DNA of 64,000 nucleotides, from IMG/VR virus record IMGVR_UViG_2786546892_000017; one strand, given 5' to 3'. The position numbers and the translations under genes were made by a program. Below are positions 34,617-45,487 of this stretch, one piece after another. The DNA is from a virus. Taxonomy: Duplodnaviria; Caudoviricetes. A model generated the notes under the pieces. The model ran no database searches. It had not been told where the DNA came from and worked only from the letters and a program-made list of their open reading frames with translations. The number at the start of each line of letters is the position of its first letter. Position 1 is the first letter of the stretch.

Positions 34617-37073
34617 TTAGCCCTTGTACGCCGCCAAATCTTTTCCCTGACTCGGCATCATGAAATTGTACATCCGCCCGTCCTCGTGGATCGCCCCCCG
34701 CTTTAAGTCGTGGTCCTTGGCCATGTGGACCTCGCTCAGCTTGTGCAACTCCAAGTGGCGGTCCTTGTTAAGTTGGTACATGGCATTCTGCACGTCGTTG
34801 ACGGACGGCACGGTCTGCCCGTTGGCCTCCGCGTCCTGTCGAACCTGACTGATGATCCGGTGCAGAGGAATCATGCCGGACCGGTGTTCCTCGAACATAT
34901 GCTGGGTTTCGTAGGCGTCTTTGATGGCTGCCGCGTGCTTCGCGGCCAGTTGCTTCCGGTGGCCCACGTCGGGATTGATCGGGGTGTGGTAGTCGCGGCC
35001 GTGCTTGAACAGGTAGCTGCCCTCTTTGGGGTCGACGTGAACCTGCTCGGCCCCCGCGGGCACGCTACCGGAGGGCAGACCGGCCGACGGCTTGGCAGCC
35101 TCTGGCTTCGGGGCGGCAGGGGGCTTGGCTTCAGGGGTGGCAGACTTCGGCTGTGCCTGAGTCACTGGCTCGCCCTTGGGTGCAGACACCCCTTCGCCGG
35201 TGGCCGCGGCCCGCTTCGCCGCTTGCTCCCGCTGGTGATCCTCGGCCCGGCGCCCCGTGTGGTCCTTGTTCTGCCTTTCGTGGTAGCCGCCCGTCTCCGG
35301 GACGTTGATCAAGTGAAAATGCGTGTTCCCATGTCTGATCTCGGACCGATCTACAAAATCCGGGTGGTGGAGCTGCGGCAAATCGGCGCGAGATAGTTCG
35401 ACCCCTTGCCCGCGGCCACCGATTGATTCGACCAATTTCTTCTTGAACACTTCCGGCGTCAGACTCGGATCCTCCTTGTGGAAGTGGTCATACATGTCCG
35501 AGATAAACACCTTGTTCCCGAACCCGTGCGGGAAGTCCTTGGCCGCCTGGTTCACAGCCGCCGCAAATTCCGCCGTGGGCATTGCTGCCACCCGGCCTGC
35601 CTTGGTCGGTGCAGATTCAGGGGATGGAGCGGCTTCCTCCTGTTTCGCTTGCTCGGATTCGTGGGCGGCGAAAGCGGCCTCCGCCTTGGCCTTCAGTGCC
35701 TTGATGCGAGCGGTCTCGGCCTTGGTCGGCTTGCGCCCTTCGGCGAACGCCTGGTCGTTGATGCGAGACGACTCCCGACCGTGTTCGCGGTCGGCCTTTT
35801 GCCAATCGCCGAAGGTGTCGGTGGGCGTAGCCGGCGCCGGTTCGCCCGGCGGGGGCGCGGCGGCCGGCGTTGGGGCTTCCGCCGCAGGTGTGGGCGGGGG
35901 CTCGGGAGGGGTGGCGGGGGGCGACGCAGATGCGGGGGCTTCCGGCTGTGCCGCTCCCTTCGCCTCGATTTCCTTCGGGACCGGTGCCGCCTGAGCCTTC
36001 GCCCCCACGTGGGCCAACACCGCCCTCGCCGCCAACTTCCTCGCCACCTCCGCCTTCCCTCCACTCGCCCTCAGTCCCAGCCGACGCTTCACCTCGTGCA
36101 GATCCTTCGCCGAAACCCGCGTCGTCAGGGTGTGGGCCAATTCACGCACCGCCTCCGGGTCCGTCGCCAGTCGGGTCGCCAGACCCTTGACGTGTTCGTG
36201 GGCTTCGTCGGCGGTCATCCGCTCGTGGGAGTAGTGCCGCAGGTTGGAACGGGTCGGAGCTGCGATCCGCTCCGCCAACTTGCGGGACACTTCGGCCTTT
36301 GTCCCGGACGCCTTCACCCCGAGTTGCTTCTTGATCTCGGCAAGTTCGGCATGAGTATGCCCGGTGAACGCATCCGCCAACGCCCGCACCGTCTCTGGGG
36401 TCGTTAGACCCTGGTCGGCTTTGAGCTTGTGGACGAGTGCCACGGTCTCGGTCACGGTACGGGGCTTCGACTGCTTGCCTGCCGGCTTCTCCGGACTGGC
36501 CCCGCTTGTCGCTACCTGGCCCGTCTCCTGCGTCTGGTCCCCTACCACCCGCTTCAACGCCCGGTGCCCGCTGGGATGGTCACCCCGGCCCCGTTCTCGA
36601 AACTCACGGGCGCGGTCGTATTCCTCCGCGTCGTGGTCGTCAGGGGAGTAAGGTTGCTCGCGAGACTCGTCGACGGGCTCGCGGGCAGCAGCCTCATCGA
36701 GTCGCCGGTCCTGTTCGACCTTGCGGGCCTTGACCGAGTCGTCATCGCCGTTGCCTTTCGTCTTCCCGGTTGCGTCGTTGGCATGCCCCTGAGCGATCTT
36801 CGCCTTTTCTTCCGGTGTCGCTTTATCTAACACCTCGGATGGGATAAATTGGCCACCAACGTAATCCTTGCCCCCGACCGTTACGCCGCCCTTGGGTGCG
36901 TGCGTTGCGGCTTTCCGGATCAGCATCCCCGCCCCGGGCATGGTGACGGTCGCCAGTACGTCCGCCGACACCCCCGCCGTGACGAGCAGTTCCGTGACCC
37001 GCTTCCGCTCGGACAGGGTGCCCTCGCCGAAGGTTTTGCGGAGGATGCTCTTGGTTAACTTTTGGTCGGTCAC
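34617..37073 (-). CDS. large head-associated (putative internal/ejected) protein
   Basis: 818 aa between portal and protease; HAPKGGVT.GG..Y.GGQFIP motif; two LG.KASG.KAEV.RKLA repeats; class II promoter. Confidence 0.6.
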   Translation of the reverse strand: MTDQKLTKSILRKTFGEGTLSERKRVTELLVTAGVSADVLATVTMPGAGMLIRKAATHAPKGGVTVGGKDYVGGQFIPSEVLDKATPEEKAKIAQGHANDATGKTKGNGDDDSVKARKVEQDRRLDEAAAREPVDESREQPYSPDDHDAEEYDRAREFRERGRGDHPSGHRALKRVVGDQTQETGQVATSGASPEKPAGKQSKPRTVTETVALVHKLKADQGLTTPETVRALADAFTGHTHAELAEIKKQLGVKASGTKAEVSRKLAERIAAPTRSNLRHYSHERMTADEAHEHVKGLATRLATDPEAVRELAHTLTTRVSAKDLHEVKRRLGLRASGGKAEVARKLAARAVLAHVGAKAQAAPVPKEIEAKGAAQPEAPASASPPATPPEPPPTPAAEAPTPAAAPPPGEPAPATPTDTFGDWQKADREHGRESSRINDQAFAEGRKPTKAETARIKALKAKAEAAFAAHESEQAKQEEAAPSPESAPTKAGRVAAMPTAEFAAAVNQAAKDFPHGFGNKVFISDMYDHFHKEDPSLTPEVFKKKLVESIGGRGQGVELSRADLPQLHHPDFVDRSEIRHGNTHFHLINVPETGGYHERQNKDHTGRRAEDHQREQAAKRAAATGEGVSAPKGEPVTQAQPKSATPEAKPPAAPKPEAAKPSAGLPSGSVPAGAEQVHVDPKEGSYLFKHGRDYHTPINPDVGHRKQLAAKHAAAIKDAYETQHMFEEHRSGMIPLHRIISQVRQDAEANGQTVPSVNDVQNAMYQLNKDRHLELHKLSEVHMAKDHDLKRGAIHEDGRMYNFMMPSQGKDLAAYKG

Positions 37074-37102
37074 GGTGGCGGCACTCCGGGGAAGATGCCG
37101 GG

Positions 37103-37126
37103 AAGGTGCCGCGAAAGTGGGAACTA
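37103..37126 (-). promoter_or_regulatory. class II promoter
   Basis: TAGTTCCC-N10-CACCTT. Confidence 0.8.
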
Positions 37127-37131
37127 GGGCT

Positions 37132-38208
<1,077 letters not shown>

Positions 38209-38248
38209 CGTTGGGGTTCTCGTCAGGGGTGCGAAAAGTCCACACCCC

Positions 38249-38274
38249 AGTCTAGCCGACCGCGTTGCCTGACT
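38249..38274 (-). promoter_or_regulatory. class I promoter (Clp-N gene)
   Basis: AGTCAGGCAACG-N8-TAGACT. Confidence 0.8.
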
Positions 38275-41200
38275 CACACCGTGACCACATCGGCCGCCGA
38301 CAACCCCTTGACGAACCTCAACGCGGCCCGCCTTATCCTTCGCCGCTTCGCCTTCATCTTCGGACCTGCCGCCGGAGGCACCAGCGTCCCGCCCACCGCG
38401 TTCAAGTTCGCAGACATGCCCCCGATAGCCTTTTGCATGTGAGCGGCCCCGGAGAGCAAGATGGGCGTCTCCTGGCCGTCCGCGTCCGAGAAGTGCAAAT
38501 GATGGGTCACTGCCTCCTCGTTGATCGTCCCCATCCGGCGGGCGTGTTCCGCCCCCAACCCCGGTTGGACATAGGCGATGGTCGCGTGCGGGACGTACTT
38601 CGCTCGGGTGTTCGTATGGGGGAGCAACTTCCGTAGTTTCCGGTTCAACCGCCTGATCCCGGCACCGTGAACTTCAGCGTACAGAATGTCGTGCTCCGGG
38701 TGGCTAAACACCCGAACTCGCCCGAGCCGGTATTTCACGGGCCTCGAAGTTCCCCCTACGGCCCATCGCACGTCTTCCGGGTCGTCCGTGTGCAGTCCGT
38801 ATAGCGTCGTGATGTGCGGGGAATCCTCCCGGCCGTCATCGAACGCGAGATGGTCGTCAGGGATGGAATCGGCGAGGGCCGTGATGTGGGACGCCAGGTG
38901 CCCCGGGAGTTTCACGTGGGTCGATGACAACGGCCGGTCGTCCGCGTCCATCCCCTTCTTCATGCGGGGCGGCAACGATCCCTTCCCGGCCGGGTTGCTG
39001 GGGCGGGGCGGCCAGTTCGCGGCCCCGGCCGGCTTGCCGTGCTTCGGCACCGGCACCCGCTTCGCCCGCACCGTTACGCCACCCTTGCTCGCCGAAACCG
39101 GACCGCCGGCCTTGATCTGTTGAACCACCTGGCCGGCCAAACTCTGGATCAGATTCGACAACAGAGCATGCGCGTGCGACTCGGAGATCCCGAGTTTCGC
39201 AGCCACCCGCCCCGCGTGCTTCGACGCCTCGCTCGCCGCCCAGACCGCCGGCTTGTGGCTCAAAATCTTGGCGTGCCGCGGGGTCAGCCGCTGGGCGACG
39301 GGCAACGCGCGAGACGCGACGGCCGGGGCCACATGCTTCGCCAAGGGCGCCACGGTCGGCGGGAGCGGGGCTGGCGTAAACTCCTTGGTCGCGTCGGCGT
39401 TGGGGGGCGGCGTTCGGCTGGCGGGTTGCGCAGGCGTCGGGCCGCGGCCAGCAATCAGCGGCGCCGCAGGTGCGGCTGGCGACGGTTTCTTTGTCGGTGT
39501 GTGGTGGAACGCGGCGTCGATGGCCTCCGAGTTATCCCTCACTGGTACCGAAGATTGTCGCGGGGGCGGCGTCGGGGCCGAAGGCGTCGGCTTGGCAGCG
39601 GATTGAGACGCAGGGGCAGGCTGCCCGGCCAACACCCGATGCTTCTCGGCCGCTTCCACGTGGCCCTTGACCGCCCCTTCGGCCCCGCTCACACCGGACT
39701 TCTCTTTAGCCGTCCGCTCGTGAACGGCGGCTGCGTCTTGGTGAATCTTTGGATCGGTCTTAGCCCCGGGCGGAATGAACTCGTACCCTTCTTTCCCCGA
39801 TTTGTCCCACAGGAGAGCCCCAGCCCCCCACTGGTTGCCGTTCTTGTCTCGCCCATCGCTGTTGATTACGACTTTCTTGTGCCCGTCATCGGTGTGGAGG
39901 ACTACCGTGTAGCCCTCCTTCGATTTTTGACGGACCAGATCTTCGACATGCTTCGTCGCCGCCTTCATATCGACGTAGCCGTTGCTGCCCGTGAATTGCT
40001 TCAACAACGAACCTTTGGTGATCGGTGCCTGGTGCGGCGTAGCAGTCGATGGCGACGGCTTGTCACCTTCCTCTGGCTCCACATGACCGGCCTGTGCCCG
40101 TTGCAGCTTCTCCGCAAGGTCGTTGCGATCGGACAATTTTTGAAAGTGTGCCTCACCGTGGGCGCCCCACTCTTCTTTTGGTTTGCGCACCCACCCCTTC
40201 ATTGACTCGTCAATGCCCTTATCGGCTACGGCCAGTTTTGACTTCAGGTCGGCCACGTGCGGCGAGTCTGGCTGAGCCCCGTGGGCCGCGATCGCCGCGT
40301 CCAGTTTCTTCCGTTGGCCTGGGTCTGTCACCTTGGCCCGAAGGGCTGCTGCGGCTTTCGGGTCTTTGGCCGCTGCTGCTACTTCGTCTTTATCGACGAA
40401 CTCCCCATGATCATCTCGCGGATGCTGGTCTTCGAACCCTTTCTGGAACGGATCGCCCGGCTTGATCCCCAACGCCTGCAACACCTCATCGGTGATGAGA
40501 CTGCGGGGGTCGCCAGTATCGGGGAGAGGTTCCTCGCCCTGTGCGTCCAACTCGGGGACACCGTTGGATCGATCGGGGGCCACAACGGGCGGGGCCGGTG
40601 GCGTGGGGGCGGCAGGTTGCCCGGGTGCGGGTTGTGGCTGGGTTGCGGCCTGGGCCTTGGCTTGGAGTCCGGCCACATACACCGACGGGGGGACCTCCCC
40701 TCCTTCCACGGGGTCCAGATCGATCATCCCCCGCAGTTCGTTCGTCATGATATAGCCAGACGACGCACCAGCATTCATTCGAGCCTGCTGGATATCGTGG
40801 TCGTCAATCTGTGGCGGGTCGATTTTTACGACGAGATGGTCTTTCTCCCAAAAACGCTTCGCCAGATGCTTGGTCAGTTGCTCGCCAATGTCCTTCACGA
40901 CCGGCCCGAGCCCGAGCGTGAAGAACTGCTTGAGTTTTGCGTAGAACGCCGCGTAGCTGTCCGCGGGCTTCAGCCCCGCCACGGTTGGGTCGGCGAGCCA
41001 CAGGGCACAGACCATGCCCATCATCCGGTCCCACCCGGACCCGTAGTCCATGTCACGGGCGCCAGGAGTGAGTAAGTTCGTAATCTTCACATCTTCGTCG
41101 CCAGCCAGCCCGATAATCCGATTTCCGCGAGCGCCGCTATACCGCTGCGAGACCTGAGCCAGTGCCGCCTCAACCGCCTCCTGGTTCGCCCCCGGCACAC

Positions 41201-41999
41201 TGATAATCGTGTCAGCCGACAGTCCGTTGTCCATCGACCGCTTCCAACTATCCGCGATCGCGTCGATCGTGTCGATCATCCTCGCCCCGGCTTGCATCTT
41301 GGGCCACGTCGCCCACTGATACAGCGGGTGAATCTCGTGGTCCCAGATGGCATCGCGCCGGTCGATCGTCCACGGACCACCCATCCCGAACGGTCCCACG
41401 ATCCCCGTCACGTAGTTCGTGACGTACCACCCACCGCACGGGTACTGGGTGCCCATCGGGATCTGATTCGTCGTCGGGGCAGGCACGATCCACAGGTCGG
41501 CCGGCGTACCAACCTCGCTCGGTCGCCAGGGCACAATCACTTCGCCCACGAGCTGCTTTTGGAGCGTCCACGACGAGAGAAATTGGCTGATCGTCTCGAC
41601 TTCGTTGGGGTCTTGCATCAGCCGGACGAGTTTGTGCTCGTCCGGGGCCGGCTGGTACTCGTGGTCCTTCGCCCCCGGCGCCCCAAACGCCTTCTTGAAC
41701 GGCACCCTCGAGGCCGTCCCCATCCCCTTCGGCCGCTGCTTCCGCTTCTGCTCCACCCGGACCGTGCAGCTCCCGACCGCGTGCATCAACGCACGGATAC
41801 AGAGGTACTGGACGTCCTTGTATTTGCTGGCCTGGGTGAGCCGATCAGAGAGTGCCGGCCCCGGGATGTCGCGGCTACGAATCTCCAGGACCGTTGACCG
41901 CGCCTGATTCGTGGCGGGTTGAGGAAGTCGTTGCGTCGGGTCGGGCAGCCCGAGAATGCGGGAGCGGCTGGATTCGGCGGACTGCGTAGTAGGTGCCAT
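38274..41999 (-). CDS. portal protein with long extension and C-terminal 2H phosphoesterase (Acb1/T4 gp57B-like)
   Basis: LMQDPN..ETISQF, RDMDY, MTNELRG..DLDPVEGG portal motifs; SPHITTLYGLH and YVPHATIAY 2H motifs. Confidence 0.85.
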   Translation of the reverse strand: MAPTTQSAESSRSRILGLPDPTQRLPQPATNQARSTVLEIRSRDIPGPALSDRLTQASKYKDVQYLCIRALMHAVGSCTVRVEQKRKQRPKGMGTASRVPFKKAFGAPGAKDHEYQPAPDEHKLVRLMQDPNEVETISQFLSSWTLQKQLVGEVIVPWRPSEVGTPADLWIVPAPTTNQIPMGTQYPCGGWYVTNYVTGIVGPFGMGGPWTIDRRDAIWDHEIHPLYQWATWPKMQAGARMIDTIDAIADSWKRSMDNGLSADTIISVPGANQEAVEAALAQVSQRYSGARGNRIIGLAGDEDVKITNLLTPGARDMDYGSGWDRMMGMVCALWLADPTVAGLKPADSYAAFYAKLKQFFTLGLGPVVKDIGEQLTKHLAKRFWEKDHLVVKIDPPQIDDHDIQQARMNAGASSGYIMTNELRGMIDLDPVEGGEVPPSVYVAGLQAKAQAATQPQPAPGQPAAPTPPAPPVVAPDRSNGVPELDAQGEEPLPDTGDPRSLITDEVLQALGIKPGDPFQKGFEDQHPRDDHGEFVDKDEVAAAAKDPKAAAALRAKVTDPGQRKKLDAAIAAHGAQPDSPHVADLKSKLAVADKGIDESMKGWVRKPKEEWGAHGEAHFQKLSDRNDLAEKLQRAQAGHVEPEEGDKPSPSTATPHQAPITKGSLLKQFTGSNGYVDMKAATKHVEDLVRQKSKEGYTVVLHTDDGHKKVVINSDGRDKNGNQWGAGALLWDKSGKEGYEFIPPGAKTDPKIHQDAAAVHERTAKEKSGVSGAEGAVKGHVEAAEKHRVLAGQPAPASQSAAKPTPSAPTPPPRQSSVPVRDNSEAIDAAFHHTPTKKPSPAAPAAPLIAGRGPTPAQPASRTPPPNADATKEFTPAPLPPTVAPLAKHVAPAVASRALPVAQRLTPRHAKILSHKPAVWAASEASKHAGRVAAKLGISESHAHALLSNLIQSLAGQVVQQIKAGGPVSASKGGVTVRAKRVPVPKHGKPAGAANWPPRPSNPAGKGSLPPRMKKGMDADDRPLSSTHVKLPGHLASHITALADSIPDDHLAFDDGREDSPHITTLYGLHTDDPEDVRWAVGGTSRPVKYRLGRVRVFSHPEHDILYAEVHGAGIRRLNRKLRKLLPHTNTRAKYVPHATIAYVQPGLGAEHARRMGTINEEAVTHHLHFSDADGQETPILLSGAAHMQKAIGGMSANLNAVGGTLVPPAAGPKMKAKRRRIRRAALRFVKGLSAADVVTV

Positions 42000-42005
42000 G
42001 CGGCG

Positions 42006-42029
42006 AATGTGCCGCAGAACGGGGAACTA
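42006..42029 (-). promoter_or_regulatory. class II promoter (portal)
   Basis: TAGTTCCC-N10-CACATT-N6-ATG. Confidence 0.8.
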
Positions 42030-42314
42030 GCCGACTCTCACAGGCTCGTCCGCCTCAACGCTTTCCGCCCGCTTCACCAATTGCATCTTGGTTTCCAGAT
42101 GCGACTCTGACGGCAACGCGAACGAAGCAAATGGCAGGACTACCCACCGCGCGACCCACATCTTCATTGTCCCGTCGTCGAGCGTCTTAATGGCCGGGCG
42201 ACGGAGTATCTTCACCCCACTGATCCGTAATTCCACGACCTCCCAACGATACGGCTCACCCGGTTCCATCCAGATATCGCCCACCCGCACGTCAGGTCGC
42301 TCAGCCTCACTCAT
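42027..42314 (-). CDS. hypothetical protein
   Basis: stop is TAG of the portal class II box. Confidence 0.5.
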   Translation of the reverse strand: MSEAERPDVRVGDIWMEPGEPYRWEVVELRISGVKILRRPAIKTLDDGTMKMWVARWVVLPFASFALPSESHLETKMQLVKRAESVEADEPVRVG

Positions 42315-42847
42315 TAGTTTCCCCCAGGAGATACATCGGCACCCGCCCCACCTCCAACCGCCTGATCTTCCCCGCCGCCACCAGTCGAGCGACCACCCGC
42401 TTCACCCGTTCCCGACTCTTCTCGGGGACTGCCGCCGGTCTGCGGACTTGCGCGACTACCGGACACCACGGACACGGGCCATCAGTGTTGAGGAACCGGG
42501 TGACTTGGCTGATCTGAAGGCCGATGCCTCGATGCCGCGAGAAAACGCTGAGCACGTCGGATTCGCGGCGTTTAACCCCGCAATTAAGGCAATAATACAC
42601 CGCAACAGGCTCCGGATCGCTCGCCGGGACAAACTGCCCGCAGCCGCCGTCGCACAACACCACGTGCACCACATTGTTACCAGAAGGCGCAGGCGACCCG
42701 TCTCCGTCCCAGCGACCAATGAACGGCCCCTGGATGTCGCGGTCGATCATCTCGCGCAGCCGGTCGTGATTCACGGTCCCTTCCTCCCCGTCAGAGTTAG
42801 GATATAGTGCTCGGTGAGGAAGCGGTCGAGGCACTGTGCGGTCATAC

Positions 42848-43171
42848 TCAGTCTCCCTCGACTGGAGCCGCTTCCAGCACATCTTCTGGCACGTCAAAGT
42901 GAATCGCCTTCATTAGATCAGCCAACTCGCCCCGCGTGCGGTAGTAGCCCGGGAGCATCACCATGTCGCCCTCTTCCGGGTCAGGATCTTTGAGGAACAC
43001 GTATCCGCGGTTGTCCGGGACCGAGATCGCCCAGACGATCGTGAGCCACGGCTTCTGGCAACCGGGCACGTCGCGCGGCTTCTCGGTGATTCGCATCTCG
43101 TCGCCCTTGCGCGTCCACCCCTGCGTCTCCATCCACTCGGGGGTTAGGAAAGTGTCGCGGTCGTTGCTCAT
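42848..43171 (-). CDS. hypothetical protein
   Basis: LTPEWMETQGW...TRGELADLMKAI, similar to C-half of 60967..61398. Confidence 0.55.
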   Translation of the reverse strand: MSNDRDTFLTPEWMETQGWTRKGDEMRITEKPRDVPGCQKPWLTIVWAISVPDNRGYVFLKDPDPEEGDMVMLPGYYRTRGELADLMKAIHFDVPEDVLEAAPVEGD

Positions 43172-43851
43172 ATCGCCACCTTAAACGGCCTCGCCTTCCC
43201 CTCATCTGCCCACGCAACAAATGACGCGAGCGGCCCGAACGACGCCTCGAACTGCTCGGCCCAGATTCGCCGAATGTTCTCCCGGAACCGTTGGTCGGCA
43301 CAGGGGAAGCACGTGCACTTCGCATCGCCCGTACACGTCGACGGGAGAGGAACGATTTCGAGGGGCGGCTCGGGAACTCCCACGAATATGGTCTTGTTCA
43401 TTCTGTTGCCACCAATCTGACTGTCATCCAGACCGTTCCCACTGCCAGCGAGCCGAAACACGCCCACCCCTGCCACTCGCAAGGTCGCGGGTTGGATGCC
43501 AGACTCGGTGTGTACCACTTCGTCGGCTTCAATTGGTTTAGGACTGGCTGATCGGCAGACAGAGTAATTATCACAGCTTTCTACCTCCGGCTGACGATAA
43601 GCCAATCAACCGAGCACTCCGCGTACGCCCACCCGACTACGATCAAGCCAGACGCACAAAATGCCAGTAACCCAACGGGCGCTGCGAGCAAACAAAACGT
43701 GGCAGTCTGCTGGGCGGAATACGTTTTTGGTGGCACCAGTCTGATGAACATCGCCATCAGCGGGTAGGACACCACCGCGTAGATTGCCAACCACCAATAC
43801 CAGTCCATCACTCCGACCCTCTCAGTGTGTCTGCCACGATCTGTTGCCACC

Positions 43852-44142
43852 TCACCCCATCCTCAGTTTCAACACTGTTACCGCAATTAACTCCGCCTCG
43901 CCCGTAAGATCCCGCGGCACCCCTATGACCCACACCGCGCACAACTCCGCGTCGTACCAGAACTGATTCCCCGATCGCACACAGATACTCTGCCGCCGCT
44001 TCTTCCTGTTAAAGTGCTGCACCTTGGTCGGCGACACGCGGACGGCGCCGGCCAACGATGCGACCAGATCCCCCGCCGGGAATCGCTTGAGGAAGCGGTC
44101 GAGGCAGTGGTTGGAGACGGCGACGGTTGGTAAGGTGGTCAC
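43852..44142 (-). CDS. hypothetical protein (RelE-like fold possible)
   Basis: VSNHCLDRFLKR...IAVTVL pattern. Confidence 0.45.
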   Translation of the reverse strand: MTTLPTVAVSNHCLDRFLKRFPAGDLVASLAGAVRVSPTKVQHFNRKKRRQSICVRSGNQFWYDAELCAVWVIGVPRDLTGEAELIAVTVLKLRMG

Positions 44143-44412
44143 GCTATTTACTCCGTCTCCCCCACAATTTCTTCTTCACCGGCACAACCCCCGGCTCCTC
44201 CACCTTTACCCCGTTCAAACCCTCCGCCGCGTCCATCCCCAAGCCGCCCAGCGAACAATGCGGGTTCGGACACCCGCCCCCATTCCCAATGGGTGAAGTG
44301 GCACTTCGGGCAGTCGATCACCACGCCGGACTGGTCCTTGGGCTGGTAGGCGGCCATTGGCGGACTCCGTGGCGTGTGGGGTACGTCAGGGATGGTGGGG
44401 TCGGGCGGGGAA

Positions 44413-44853
44413 TCAAGCAGTCGATTCGACCACCTGCCGCGCCACAGACGAAGGCGGCTCCGGCAGACACGCCAGCGTCCAACGGTTCTCTGGAAAGTGG
44501 TCGGCCGGGACCGCGCGGGCGCCCACCACTTGGAATACGCTCGTCCTGTCGGCGAACTGTACACTTCGCAATTCCAGAAAACCGCTCTTTCGGTGATACC
44601 ACCACAGACCAGATTGCGATGGGTTTTCGAGCCACACCGCCTCTTCCGGTTCCTCATTCGCCCCGGACTGCTTCCCGCCGCCGATCTGTTCCGCCACCTC
44701 GCACGGAAGTCTCGACAGCATCTCATGCCGCAGACACTTGGTCGCCAAGTGGTACAGTGTCTCCGCCGACATGTCGACGTACTGCCCGCTCGGGAACGAG
44801 TGCTTGGCGTAGTGCTCCAGAACCCGGAACGCCAGGTCGATCGCAGCCGACAT
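44413..44853 (-). CDS. hypothetical protein
   Basis: GAGG RBS; W..NPSQSGLWWY motif. Confidence 0.5.
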   Translation of the reverse strand: MSAAIDLAFRVLEHYAKHSFPSGQYVDMSAETLYHLATKCLRHEMLSRLPCEVAEQIGGGKQSGANEEPEEAVWLENPSQSGLWWYHRKSGFLELRSVQFADRTSVFQVVGARAVPADHFPENRWTLACLPEPPSSVARQVVESTA

Positions 44854-44958
44854 GTCGCACCCTCGGATAAAGAAAACGCGCGCGGGATTGCTGTTACGCT
44901 AAAGACGACTGTGGCTCACGCGATTATGCCACGCCCGGTCACTGTTCGTTCCGGCCCC

Positions 44959-44982
44959 TAGTTCCCCGAGTCCGCCTACTCC
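44959..44982 (+). promoter_or_regulatory. class II box with degenerate -10, antisense to candidate ncRNA
   Basis: TAGTTCCC-N10-TACTCC. Confidence 0.35.
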
Positions 44983-44984
44983 GT

Positions 44985-45116
44985 GGCCCGCGTGCGTTAC
45001 AGCGGGATTGCGCCGCGGAGGTCTGCGTCATGCCGTTTCGTGTCGGCGTCACATTCACCCGGTTCAGGCGTCACTTATTATGGATGGCTGCCTTCAGGCC
45101 CACCACCCGCGCACGT
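44985..45116 (-). ncRNA. candidate RNA resembling 23S rRNA GTPase-associated (L11-binding) centre with insertion
   Basis: GGUGGUGGGCCUGAAGGCAGCCAUCCAUAAUAAGUG...CUGUAACGCAC vs rRNA GGAUGUUGGCUUAGAAGCAGCCAUCAUUUAAAG..GCGUAAUAGCUCAC. Confidence 0.45.
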
Positions 45117-45127
45117 GTCTCCAACGG

Positions 45128-45412
45128 TTACAGGATGCCGACCACTTCCCCCGCCCGCATCACCAGATAATCCTCCCCGTCCAGTTCTATCTCGCTCGCC
45201 GAGTGTTCACTGAACAGCACCCGGTCCCCCACGGCGACATCCATCGCACACCGGACCCCGCTGTCCGTAATCCGACCCGGGCCGGCGGCGGCCACCACGC
45301 CCCGTTTGGGCTTGCCCTTGGCGCGGTCCGGAATGAGGATACCGCCTGGGGTCTTGGTCGCCGGTTCATCAGGGGTGATGAGGATGATGTCGCCGGTCGG
45401 CCGGAAAGTCAC
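45128..45412 (-). CDS. groES: co-chaperonin GroES
   Basis: FRPTGD..L...TKTPGGILIPD.AK.KP.RG.V.A.GPG...V.VGDRVLF. Confidence 0.92.
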   Translation of the reverse strand: MTFRPTGDIILITPDEPATKTPGGILIPDRAKGKPKRGVVAAAGPGRITDSGVRCAMDVAVGDRVLFSEHSASEIELDGEDYLVMRAGEVVGIL

Positions 45413-45487
45413 AGCGCATTTCTTGGCACAGGTGGTCTTGGTCACAGTCGTCAGCCTCAAAGGTGTTGGATAAAAAAACGCTTCGTG

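Noticed and set aside
44985-45116. tRNA or true rRNA gene
   Set aside because: No cloverleaf/TPsiC arm; similarity limited to one rRNA subdomain, so kept only as candidate ncRNA
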